Source of the DNA: Sphacelaria rigidula
Lineage: Eukaryota
Length of the DNA stretch: 34,771 bases
Assembly (NCBI GenBank): GCA_964200075.2
Contig: CAXNAA020000024.1
Coordinates: forward strand, 1 to 34,771
Direction of reading: 5' to 3'
The notes beneath the pieces were generated by a model. It worked only from the letters and a program-made list of their open reading frames with translations. It made no database searches and had not been told where the DNA came from. How positions within the stretch are numbered: the first letter of the stretch is position 1; each line of letters begins with the position of its first letter. The position numbers and the translations under genes were made by a program. Of this stretch, positions 20,819-31,760 are shown one piece after another.

Positions 20819-22584
20819 AATATTCGCTCGTGTTGTGTAGTACGGCTCTCGAGACAGACCCACTACCGTCGCGTAGACAGTAGTATATGACAGAGGTTGC
20901 ACCTTGGGTGTTAGACCACTTGCTTCTGCAGCAGAAGGTGAACAAAAGACAGATGATTATGAGGGGCTTCACTTGGCCAAAACGAACTCAAACAGCCTCT
21001 TTTGCATGCAGAGGGCTGCAGAACCGAAGGAGAGTGAATGCATGGGCAGTAGAGGTGGCCGAGTCCAAGCATACTCAATCCTAGAAGAAGAAGCCAAGTC
21101 CTTACACGTACGTGAAATCAAATCGCAATCTCCATTCAGCACTGACGTGTTAGTCTTGCTAGCTCTTAGACTAGGTTTACTGTAAGCTACGTGGCCTGGC
21201 TACCTTGATGCAGGACACTACTGTGTGCCAGACGATAGAAGCACACTCCTCACTGTAGTATTCTACGAGCTTACGTGGCTAAATATGAAACATGTCTACG
21301 ATCAAAATTTAAGCATGAAACGGTAATACGTGGTTCGTAGTGTCATTGGACCGTAACAATTTGTGCCGCTTTTTGCTATAGAGCCGAAATCCAGAACATA
21401 AGAACTAACTGCCCGGTTACAGGCCGAGTGTAAAATTCACGACGCTCCCCTGTGGGTAAGGCGTCATGGCAGAGCAATGTTGACGCGACATAGTAAGTCA
21501 AGTGAACCAAGAAAGTCACAACGCAAATTTGATCGATGTCTAGACGTGGTTTCAATGTGCGATCAAGGAATATCCTGTACGCAAGGTCACACGGAAGTCA
21601 TTCCATGCATAACATTTTATACCACGCAATTTTTTTTAGAGCGAGGTTCGGTCCTGCATACAAAAGTGCAATTGAATTTTAAAACATAGAAAAGGTTCCT
21701 ACTCAACTCCTCCAACCCAATTTACAATACTCTCGTGCAGACCAATGAGTCCAACCAATCAAGTATACACGGCTTAAATTCAAATCACCGAATCCAAATC
21801 TCTGTAATGAATTGATGGTTGCTTCGGGGGCGGTACTGACCGATTGATCGTCAATCTATCTATGAGAGCGCCATGGATGCATCTGAGCAGGAGGATATCA
21901 AACTCCTCGGACTGCTCCGCAACGCATCCCCTTGAAAACAAATCAGGTACTCTAGGATCTGAGACATACAAAATGTCTGGCGTAATGTAAAATTGAGGGA
22001 GAAAGCGCATAAAATCAAAGATCGAGGACATTCACTCTGATCCAAGAAGCCGAAGCGCTGTAGGTCAGTTGCCATCTTTAGTCTAGCTTCCCAGCTCTGT
22101 CATGGGACTTCAATGACGTCTTGCGCGAATCGCCTCCGGGACCCCCAGTCAATGGTGCTTGGAACCGCTAAGTTACCGAGACGAGCTCTAGCGCGAGGTG
22201 TGACGCCATGATGTCTCATCGCCTGGTGGCGAGAGTTGTGGTGGAAACTGACGTTAACACCACGGCGTTGTGCTTGTCTGCACACTTTACGGGTTGCCCG
22301 TCCTTGGTTGTTTCTGGTGCTGTTCGCGATGGGGTTGTTGGTGTAGTTGGTGCGCCCTCTGTTCTTGTTGGTCCTAATAGAGATGGAGTTGTTGTTGCCG
22401 TGTCCCTTCATATCGGGAATGAAGTAGTGTGTGATGGGTTGCTGTGAAATGATGATGGGGGAGGTATGGGTGGGTTGTGACAGGGTCTGTGGCAGATGGG
22501 ACGTCCAAATATCACCTCGATAGTGACGCGCGTAGGTCGGAGAAGATATTGAAGCTGATGGATACTTTATCCGGATGATGCTCA

Positions 22585-24240
22585 TTATTTTTCAAATTCG
22601 CCTACTGCCTTCAGTAATGTTCTGTGTGTTGTCCTCTCGCAGTATTTTGCAAGGATATCGGAATGTTGACCCTTCGTACTGAAGTGGTGGATCATCGGAT
22701 GGTCGTTGTTTGTCGGTCGTTTTAGGTTGTAGAATATTATAGCAAGGTGCTTGCTTGTTGAACCATAGTTGAAATTTGAAGAGAGGTGAAGAGCTCGCTG
22801 GGAATCGGAGAAGATGGTCGAAGGCCGGATAGACGACCACCCGAGATCTCGCAGGAGATTCAAAAGGTAGGTACCGAACTTTCCTCCCCTCGCCAGGGCT
22901 ACAAGCTCGGCCTCGGTTTTTGAAGTGGCTGTAATCCAATGCGGACTAGAAGAAAAATGAATAAGTCCATTTGCCAGGAAAACCATCGTGCCAGTGGTGG
23001 ACCTCATCTTTCCTTCAGTAGTACCTGAATTTCCGTATGAGGAACCGCAGAAGCCTTTCAGGTCCAGATTGTGCTTGGAGGGACTGTAGATGGTAGACAA
23101 ACCCGGCGTGTCTACCAAATAGCGAAATATAGGCTTTACGGCTGCCAAATGATGAGTAGTGGGTTTGCCCATATAGGTCGCAACCTGTGTAACACTGGAA
23201 GCTATGTCAAATCTGGCACAATGGGGTAGGAAGATGAGGCTTCCAACCATGACTTACACTGTGTAGTCAGTTGCTGATTCAGGAGATGTTCCTCCGTGTC
23301 TTGGCAGTCGTTGTTGATGCCAGGTGTGTGCACTGCGTTGCAGGAGTCCACGTCGAATTGTGAAGTAGTGAGATGACATTATTGTGCTGTGGCAATTTCA
23401 AGGTTCCTCGCTCTGTATCTCGTATACAACCTCCATGCCAAGGATGAGGGACCCAGGTCCAAGCTCCGAGATAGAAACCTTCGTCTTGAGTGCGCCTCGA
23501 ACGACGTGTAGAAGTTTGATAGAGGTTTCAGTTAGCAGGATATCGTCGACGAACGAAGTCAGCATGACGTACTTGTCATTCTGTCCTCTAATATATACTC
23601 AGGGTTTGCTCGCAGTGGCTGAAAAAATAACTTTCCGCAGCTCGTAATCGATGGTAAAGTTCCAGACATGAGGACTTCGATGCAGACCGTATAAAGCGCG
23701 ACGAAGGCGCATCGCATGTGGTTGCCTCGTAGCAGAGTCCTTGGTCTCAAATCCCGATGGCTGCTTGCAGAATGCGGTTTCCTGCAGTTTTCCATTTCAA
23801 AACGCCGTTTGAACGTCAAGCGTAATTATCGGCCAGTTTTTGCCTTCAGCTATTGCGAGAAGCATTCGTTGCCTTTCAAGTCTGCAAACTGGTGCAAACG
23901 TACTCCCGCAACCGAATCCGTGTCGTTGTGCCCGTCCTTGCACAACAAGCCTTGAAGCGTTCATCAGCCTTGACCTTATAACCCCACCGCGTGCCAATCA
24001 TGTTGTTGTTCGAGGAAACCGCTCCAGCTGGAATGATATGAGCCACGCGATGGTATTGGGTGCAACGGAGCTCATTTTATACAGCTGCTCTCCTCCTTGA
24101 TACGTAACGTGAGAACGAAGCCTGCTTGAAGTTGTTCGGAGCAGGAATGGATGCTGGTGGCACTACGCTTTCGATGCCAAGCGTTCCGATATACTGCAAA
24201 ACAATTTGCCAGGCCTTGGATGGGTGTTGTGGAGTTTCTG
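22585..24240 (-). pseudogene. pol: copia RT plus RNase H, frameshifted
   Basis: RLVVQG, TFAPV, LDVQTAF, FVDDILL, VGSLIFL..RFDIA, RSTTG, TEAELVA, IFSDSQ, SKHLAI, SDILAK. Confidence 0.93.
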
Positions 24241-24429
24241 CCGTCAGGGCAAGCTTGCGCAGTTCTCTGGATTGCTATTGAGTAGTTGGAGTGGGTGGAG
24301 CGCGATTCAGGTTGCCGCCAGAACGTAGTCGCATTGGATGAGTAGAGGTAGTCGAACTGTTGCGGGAGTTTTCCAGCTGTGATATGCCGGCAAAAGCTCT
24401 ATCGTTGAAGTCAAAATGATTTTGCTGAA

Positions 24430-26120
24430 GAGTCATCCTACGATAGGGGGGGGTGTACTCGTGATCATGCATGCCATAGTCATCAGACCGCTGCACACGT
24501 GGACAAATAGCACTCTGTAGGACGAGCTACACAGGGTTCTCCACAGTCTTCGTGAAAACCCCTGTGTAGCATTTGCAAATCCTAGTACCTGTAATAGCAT
24601 TTTGCGTAGCGTTTTTTTTCGAAACCCTGCAAGCAACCCTGTGGAGAGGCCTTCCCAATTTGGAAAATTCCAAATTACTTGGTACAAAATGTGTAAATTT
24701 ATTTTTCTGGAATAGCTTCTCCAGCTGTCCGAGATAACTTCCTTTTTGCCCGATTCACTTTTTTGCTCGATTTGAATCGGGCAAAAAGGAATTCATCTTG
24801 GACAGCAGGAGAAGCTATTCAAAATAGATCTTCTTTTCGCCCAATTTATTTGGGCAAAAACAGGATATAGTTCGAACAGCAGAAGAAGCTGTACGAAATA
24901 GATAATTTTTTCGCCCGATATTAATGGGCGAAAAAATTATCTATTTCGTACAGCTTCTTTTGCTACGCAAGTCCCATGCACACTCGCAGATTTGGAATTT
25001 GAACAGCAGAAGAAGCTCGAAATAAATGTTCACTTTGCCCTCCATTTCATCCGGAGATTGAGGGAAAAGATATTTATTGCGAACAGCGTCAGCTGTGCAT
25101 ATCCCGCATTCTGCACCGTTATCAGCATATGGGATCCAACAAGCAGAAAAAATTGTTGAAAATAATTCATCCTTTTGCCCCCCGATCCATGCACATGGGC
25201 TAAAGGATGAATTATTCTCAACAGCTTTTGCTGAATGGAGATCCGACACACTGATTACGATCGAGTGTATGTCCACGCGTCTACGAGATTACATACTGAG
25301 CTTCTACTCAAGACGTGGACACTGGGGCGGTGGAATATACCTCGCATATGAGTCCACATTGCTCTTGAAAACCCCGTGGTCCACAGTCTACCAAAATCAC
25401 TCAACCGAGTACGCTTTTGTTCAGGGTGTTTTTCGTTTGATAGTTAGTAGAAGCACAAAATAATCTCGCCTTATACGTCAATCCAGGTGGCTCAATGGGT
25501 AATCTGGCGTACTTTCGTGCACTCAAACGTGAGTTCAATTCTCACCCTTGCCACTTGTCGACCGTTTTATTCTGCCAGTACCATGCCCATGCTGTACACA
25601 GTATATTGCATGCGTGCTATAAAGGCTGCACAGCATATTTACAACGATGAAAGGCTGCACAGCATATTAACAGCGATGAATTCTACATGAAGTGACGAAA
25701 CCCTGTGAAGCGCCCTGTGTGGCACAAAATAATACCCTACACTCAAATCCCCGCGAGAAGCCCTGCACAATCTCCCTGAACCCTGTGAAGCGTCCTGTGC
25801 GGCGCAGAAAAAACTGCAGCCAGATCCCCGCGAGAAATACTGCACAGCTTTCCTGAACCCTATAGACGTGCCCCACAGGGTGCTATTTGTCCACGTGTGT
25901 GACCTCGCATGCCTACAAAGCCGTGACGGAGCACGCCGGGTTTTCGCCGGATCAGGCTCGCACTCACTCACCAAGCGCGAAGCGCCGTGGTAAGCCGTAT
26001 AAAGGGTGAGCTGCATCCTGATACGATTGTTCGGCCCGAGGCCTATTGATTATCTTGCATTTGTATGGCAGCCTACAATGAGTTGATTTATCTTCTGTTA
26101 TCGCCACTTTCAGAGACAGT
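24430..26120. mobile_element. unclassified insertion in copia C starting GAGTCATCCTACGATAGGGGGGGG, itself interrupted by a TIR element
   Basis: Non-copia sequence between the integrase (..GHMNKPER) and the pre-RT linker; first 24 bp identical to 34206-34229. Confidence 0.6.
24494..25899. mobile_element. 1406-bp non-autonomous DNA transposon, CMC/EnSpm(CACTA)-like, TSD TG
   Basis: Perfect 20-bp TIR CACACGTGGACAAATAGCAC; TG on both flanks; many subterminal AACCCTGTG-type repeats; AT-rich palindromic interior; no transposase ORF. Confidence 0.9.
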
Positions 26121-26870
26121 CACGCTCCGGCTTATTCATGTGGCCTTCCTTGTGTGCGAATGCACGAGATCCGAGAGTACGCAGGAATGATAGCACGCCT
26201 GCTTGCTGAACATCTGGTAGTGCGGTGTTTTTCCGTTCATGCTCCGATGCGGTAGGCGGTTGATCGAACGTACTACAGTGGCAGCAATTCCTTCCCAAAG
26301 ATATTCGGGTAGACTCGCTTCAATGAAAGGACAATGGGTGATGTTCAAAATAGTTCTACCGTCGCGTTCGCATGTACCGTCTTGCTGTTGTGTGTAAGGC
26401 GCAGTATATTGTGGCGAAGTCCACTCGTCTTTCAGTTCCGAAGAAGGACGTCCGCAACGTATTTACCTCTGCGGTCAGACTGCAGGCGATGTACTCGAAG
26501 TCATAAGGGAATCGCCACGTCTTTGATGTACTTGCGCAGTGTAGAAAGCGCCTCACGTTTTTGCCTTGAAGAGGTACACGACTTTCAGTCGACTATAGTG
26601 GCCCTTAAATTTAGTCATGCACCTATATCCGCCTAGTGCCGTTGGTGTGATGGGACCCGATAAGTCAGTGGTTACCAATGGCAGACGCTGTCACTGATGT
26701 GGGGTCGGAGGTCTTGTGGTGATTCTGCCGGGTGCTTTTATTCATCAGGCAGGTGTCACACGACGAAAGAGGACCTACAAAATTCACCCCTGTTTCAGGA
26801 ATATTCATGACACGACGCATGAGTGGTTGAGCGGGATGGCCCAGTCGTCTATGCCAAAATTTCCGCACTG
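26120..26870 (-). pseudogene. pol: copia GAG-pre-integrase and integrase core, disrupted, C-terminus missing
   Basis: WHRRLGHP..CDTC, GPITP, LPEYLW, INRLPH..MNGKTP, LRTLGSRAFAH. Confidence 0.9.
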
Positions 26871-27041
26871 ACAGCAGTTGAACGAGCTGAGGTGTCCTGC
26901 GCGATGGTCATAGCTGTAAATGCTGCCCCCATGCCCATACGTTCTCCGGACACCACCTCAGCAGTAATTGCTGATCCCATGTTTGTGTTGAAGGTTCTTG
27001 AATTCCGAATGGTCTTCATGCCGATGAAGTGAAGCATACCG

Positions 27042-27488
27042 TTATCGTCGGTACGAATCAGGATTTTGAATTTTCCAAGACTCACATGAGAGTTGACGGG
27101 AAATATGTTTGGATACCCTTGTCAATAGTTCAACAGGTGAAAAACGAAGTTTTCCTAGGCCGGGAACAATGATGACTGTAAGGCGGACAAAGCGCTGACT
27201 TTCCTGCTGATCACAGACGATGGCGTGAAGCACCCCTTTTCCAGTTCCTTGAAGTAGATGGCGTCCAGCTGTAAGAATTCTTATGGGAGGATCGAGCTCC
27301 ATGTAACCGAGCATCTCATCTCCGATACTAGGCAGGAGCCGATCGTTCATCAAGTAATGACGTGAGACCCCTGAATCACAAACCATCTTCAACTGTGTAG
27401 AAATGGGTGTCCAAGTGTTGTTTTTGTTCGCAGGACCAGCAAACAAGGTGATGCCTAGATCCCCTGGTGACGGGCATGTATTAGTCAC
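27042..27488 (-). pseudogene. pol: copia aspartic protease region
   Basis: MVCDSGVSRHY motif, G.G.G segment, IVPGLG. Confidence 0.85.
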
Positions 27489-27496
27489 TGTTGAAG

Positions 27497-28766
27497 CTAA
27501 CGATCCGCTGGTTTCTTGAACTTGTTCTCGGAGGGTACAGTAGGCGATGCAGTAGTTGAAGCAGGACCCACGTTGACAGTATTTGCTCGATTCAGATGAT
27601 TGTTGATGTTGTTGTTGTTGCGGGTGTTTTGACGACGGTAATCGCTGTTCTTGTAGTAGTAGTTGTTGTTCTTGTCATTACTCTTGAACGCACTACCGTT
27701 GGTAATTTGACTCTTGCACTCAGACTTTTCGTGTTCGTCAGTACGATGAAGACTGCACCACTTTACAGGCTTTTTCGTTTGACTGTCTTCTGAAGCGACA
27801 GTCACGCATGTGGTGACCTGGTTTTCCGCAGGAATAACATTTTCCATGGGAGTTCGTAGATGTCATTGATGAATCAGGCGGCGATGCCACTACCATGGCT
27901 GACTCACGACGACGTACCCCCTTTATCGAAATACCGCGTGCAACGCGATTTGAATACATGTTCCGCATAGTGACTTCAATATCAGAAATGCTGAAATCGG
28001 GATCACGGTCGGCATCACACTTAATCTAATCGTGGTCATCAGGTAAGCCCTTTACTACAATGCCCGCGAGACGCTCGTCAGAAATGGCTTCACCCATGTA
28101 GACTAGCTGGTTGGTCGCGGAGGTGATGGACGTTGGTCATGAACACGTCCGAGTTCTCGCAGGGAAACATTGGATGCCGCATAAGAACGTGATATCTCTG
28201 TTTTGAAGAATTCGTTTCCTTGTGACAAGTCCTTCCCATGAAATCTTGCCGTTTGGTTTTTCGTGACCCTTCGGCTCAAAGCATAGAAGAAAACTAGCCG
28301 CTGAGCCTGATGTTGAGAAATTTGGGATATTGAACAACTGCTAATTATAGCGATCCCAGTGTTCAATCTCAGACTTGTTAACAACAGTCCTCGCTTGTGT
28401 TTCCTCCCGGGAAAGGTCCGCCGGGCTGCCAGCAGGGTCCTAGGCTTGATCCCTTGCAACGGCTGCCCCCTCTGATGAAGACCGCATACGACTGGTGTGT
28501 AGCTGACGGCCTCTTGAGCGGGTCTCGATCGGAGATGGTCTTGACGTTGATCTTGCAACTGGAAGTGATTCAACGGCTTGAATGCGTTCAACGTCATCAA
28601 GCCTTTCCGTCGGGCGAATATCCCCATTGATGATGTCAGCTATCCCTTGATGCGTCAGGGAGGTGATGGCACGCGTGTTGCGCTTCCATTCGAGGAAGTG
28701 AATACCGTCGAATTTCCTGATGCTCTTGATGAGCTGTGCAACAGATGGCTTTCCTTGATCATTCAT
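27497..28766 (-). pseudogene. gag: copia gag with CCHC knuckle, frameshifted
   Basis: KFDG..FLEW N-terminus, TSGSAASFLL..KP.GK..WEGL, KGLPDD, CYSCGKPGHHMRDC, WCSLHRTDEHEKSEC. Confidence 0.88.
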
Positions 28767-29394
28767 CTGTTACAATGTGCGAAACGTTATCACACCTGAA
28801 AACTTGTGCAACTCAAATTCTGAAGACTGGCCTCTTCTCACTTTTTGCTGCTGTGACGATGTTTTTGGGAAGTCCCTTCGCTGATGCTGACTTGTGTAAT
28901 CGGGAGTCGAGGCTTATGGCCTGTTCCAATTTCACGAAGTAAATTTGGTTTCTGCTGCGGGTAAAAGTTTGACAAACCGGTTGTGTTCGACTCCATATTT
29001 GCGATTTTGTTTTTACTGGATTTTCCACTCTAAAACCCCTACTGATGACGTCTTTTGGGGAAAACGTTTGTCAAACAAAAACCAAACGCATCCTGCTCCA
29101 AGGGGACACACAGCCGTTTCTGCTGCCTACCTAGTATCATCATTCAAATCGATGTCTTAAGTGAGAATGCCCAGCGTGCAGCTGCTTGGCGCGACCACTG
29201 CGCTCTGCCGCGGACCCTTCCCCACGTACCCGACGAGGGGGCAACATCTCCGTACAGACAGTAGCAATGCTAGCGGATCCTAGGTCCTGAAGGTCTGGCA
29301 GCCGGCAAGGTGGTCATGGTAGTGTCCTTCTAAATCGAAGTCTTGACGAGAACGCCCAGCCGTTGATGCCCTCTCGCAGGCGGGCGCAATATCA

Positions 29395-29580
29395 CGGCAG
29401 TGATCGCCCGCGCCTATATTTCCATGTCGTCATCATACTGAAGTGCGACCATGACAGGACACTATCGCCCATGTACAAGGATGACAGAGTGAGTTCCGGC
29501 CGTCAATGTCTACAACGACAGTGATCGGCCGCGTATATATCCATACATCGCCATCATACTGAACTGCGACAAAACACAGG
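29395..29580. repeat. ~65-bp direct repeat at ~121-bp spacing
   Basis: CAGTGATCG.CCGCG..TATAT...CATCATACTGAA.TGCGAC occurs at ~29395 and ~29516. Confidence 0.75.
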
Positions 29581-29829
29581 CAGATATTGCAAAGGGAAAT
29601 GCTGTGGACGTGGTGTGGCCAAAAGGAATATCCAACATTAAGGTAGTGGCAGTTCAAAAGGACATCTACGTGGAGCGGTACTTGTTTAGTTGTATTCAAC
29701 ATACAGGCAGTCCAGTGAGCTAGAGTCACAGCCCGTCACGCAACGTGACACGACACTATCTCGACTTTTCATTATCTCGACTTTTCATTGCTACATGTTT
29801 CTACTCTAAATCCTTACTTGATGCCCGTG

Positions 29830-30092
29830 TGTGCTATCACCTCTGCCAGGCGATCTGGACAAGAAGACTTTCAACGAGGGACTCCTCCAGTAGCACTGGC
29901 CTCGTACTCAACAACTCCTTTCTTGTCACTTGTTATTATCTCAGAGTGATTCTCAACAGACCACATCAAGAGACAGACAGCAAGGAGCCACACAGATGAG
30001 GGTCACTAATCCAGGATTCCCTATCCCCTGTCACTGCTCCAATCATGCACGTGATTATACTGAAACGTGCGGCTTGGTATCATTTGGCTACA
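29830..30092 (-). repeat. 3' LTR of gypsy D (distal end approximate)
   Basis: Starts TGTAGCC after GAGGGTGC, compared with GGGGGTGC|TGT in B; shares the GAGGCCAGT...ACTGG..GAGTCCCTC motif with the B LTRs. Confidence 0.7.
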
Positions 30093-30169
30093 GCACCCTC
30101 AGAGCAAGTTCAAGACAAACGAACGAGCTTGACAACCAACAAAAACCAAGGCGAAATCGCATGCGCCAG

Positions 30170-31760
30170 GTCTCAACGCAATACCATACTTCGACGCTGA
30201 TTTACTTGTCAGCGCCCGAGTCAACCGCATTTTACGCACTTCCTTCAAAACAAAATCAGGCGCAGAAGAACGAAACCTGCGAAGAGACTCCCACGTACGT
30301 TCTTCAGCACCGAACCCTTCCCAATCGACCAAAACAATGACATCATCATTGTCATCCTCAGCGACGTGCATCAAAGTACTCATCCGACATTCACCTCGAG
30401 CGTACGAATTCTGAACTACATATTATACTTCCGCAGTAATGTGCAACTACGAGTCAGCACAGAAATTCAAACAAGCGACATGGACCGAGTGCAGAGCGCC
30501 AGAAACAATGTTCTGCACCGAATACACGTGAGCGTGATTGGCTCCGACCACTCGCCACGGACCAGTCCACGTGGACATCAACTTTGGCGTCACATCTTGG
30601 GACAGGCATACGATACAGAATCTCCAACCACAACCTTGGGGAACACAGCCTGATCCTGAGCAAGCTTACTTTGGTTTCGCGAGACACCGCGACAGCAACT
30701 TGCACTTCGTTACAAAATCGCACTTGCTCGTCAACCACGCCTCGAACCTTGTCACGCAATCAATCAGCATCCATGACATCGACGTTCCACTCGTCGCCAG
30801 TGACAGAAGCCAGCGCGGAAATGCTGTACGCAGCGTGCGCCCAAACATCCCACAATACGGAGTTTTACGGTAGCGTTCACGAAAATAACTATTCAACGCT
30901 CACTGAGCGGCTGGCAAAACATCAACCCATTCAGACACCGGCCGTGCGCTGTTCCGACAAAAAAGACCGCAACGCACGAGTAACCTCTTTTATCAGGCAT
31001 TCACAAATACCATTCGACCAAGGGGTATACGTAACAGCAAATTGGTGTTGCACCTTGAGCGCATCGCTCAGCTGCGCGATCACTCGATTCTTGAAGTGCG
31101 TGGCGGTATCACTAGCCCGCACACGCGGCACCCCCAAAGTCTTGCACCAATGGAGCAAGTGCTTCGCCGTAACCTCGGCGGTGCAGGCCTCGGTCGACTC
31201 CAAGCAAACAAAAATGGACAAATCATCCATGATAACTGTAATGCGCAAGAGGACCGCGTGCTTAGAGGACCACATCTGAATTTGAACATCCCTTTGGTCC
31301 GTAGGGCCAGGGGCGTGGATCCTGCAGGGACCGGCCCGATTGGTTTCGAAAAACGTTGATCCTGGGGTGTTTTGGACTACGGCGCGGTCCTCTAAGCACG
31401 CGGTCCTCTCACGCATTACACTAAACAAAACGTACCGAAAACCATCCTCCTCAGACAAACCATTAGCACCTTCAGGTCCGCTACTTCCAACGTACAAAAA
31501 ATCAAAGTGAAAACATTCACCTGGTGCTATATCATGCACAGTATCGCCACACGGACGAGGTACAATCGCCCCAGCACGAGTGTCTACACAATGCCAACAC
31601 TGGCGAACAAACTCACGAACGTGACAATCCATGTGAGACCACACACAGTATTCTTTCAAACTAAACAGAGCCGGCGCCACACCACGGTGACCAGCCGACC
31701 GCATGTGAGCGCAAACCATCAGGCGAGTTTGCAGGGCCTTATAATCTGACGGAATCTAGA
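30170..31760 (-). pseudogene. pol: gypsy integrase with GPY/F-like motif and C-terminal chromodomain
   Basis: AH..AGHRG..CWHC, HFDF, IMDDLS, SDTATHF, YTPWSNGICE; WTGPWRV at ~30550-30572; VLVDWEGFGAEERTWE at ~30288-30335. Confidence 0.93.
31236..31421. mobile_element. 186-bp MITE with 3-bp TSD TAA (PIF/Harbinger Tourist-like) inside the integrase
   Basis: TIRs TGTAATGCG..AGAGGACCGCGTGCTTAGAGGACC; TAA at 31233-31235 and 31422-31424. Removing the element and one TSD restores RYVLFIMDD, compared with RYLLAIMDD in B. Confidence 0.92.

Larger units (their letters stand above)
22100..28921 (-). mobile_element. Ty1/copia LTR retrotransposon C, heavily disrupted, no paired LTR found
   Basis: gag-protease-GAG_pre-integrase-integrase-RT-RNase H order on the minus strand; possible decayed PBS GGCCATAAGCC near 28911-28921. 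Outer boundaries are uncertain. Confidence 0.88.

Noticed and set aside
29757-29788. 16-bp perfect tandem duplication TATCTCGACTTTTCAT
   Set aside because: Most simply a slippage or repair duplication; nothing is inserted between the copies.
31235-31422. Alternative TSD ACT for the MITE
   Set aside because: That excision leaves the integrase out of frame, whereas the TAA model restores RYVLFIMDD.
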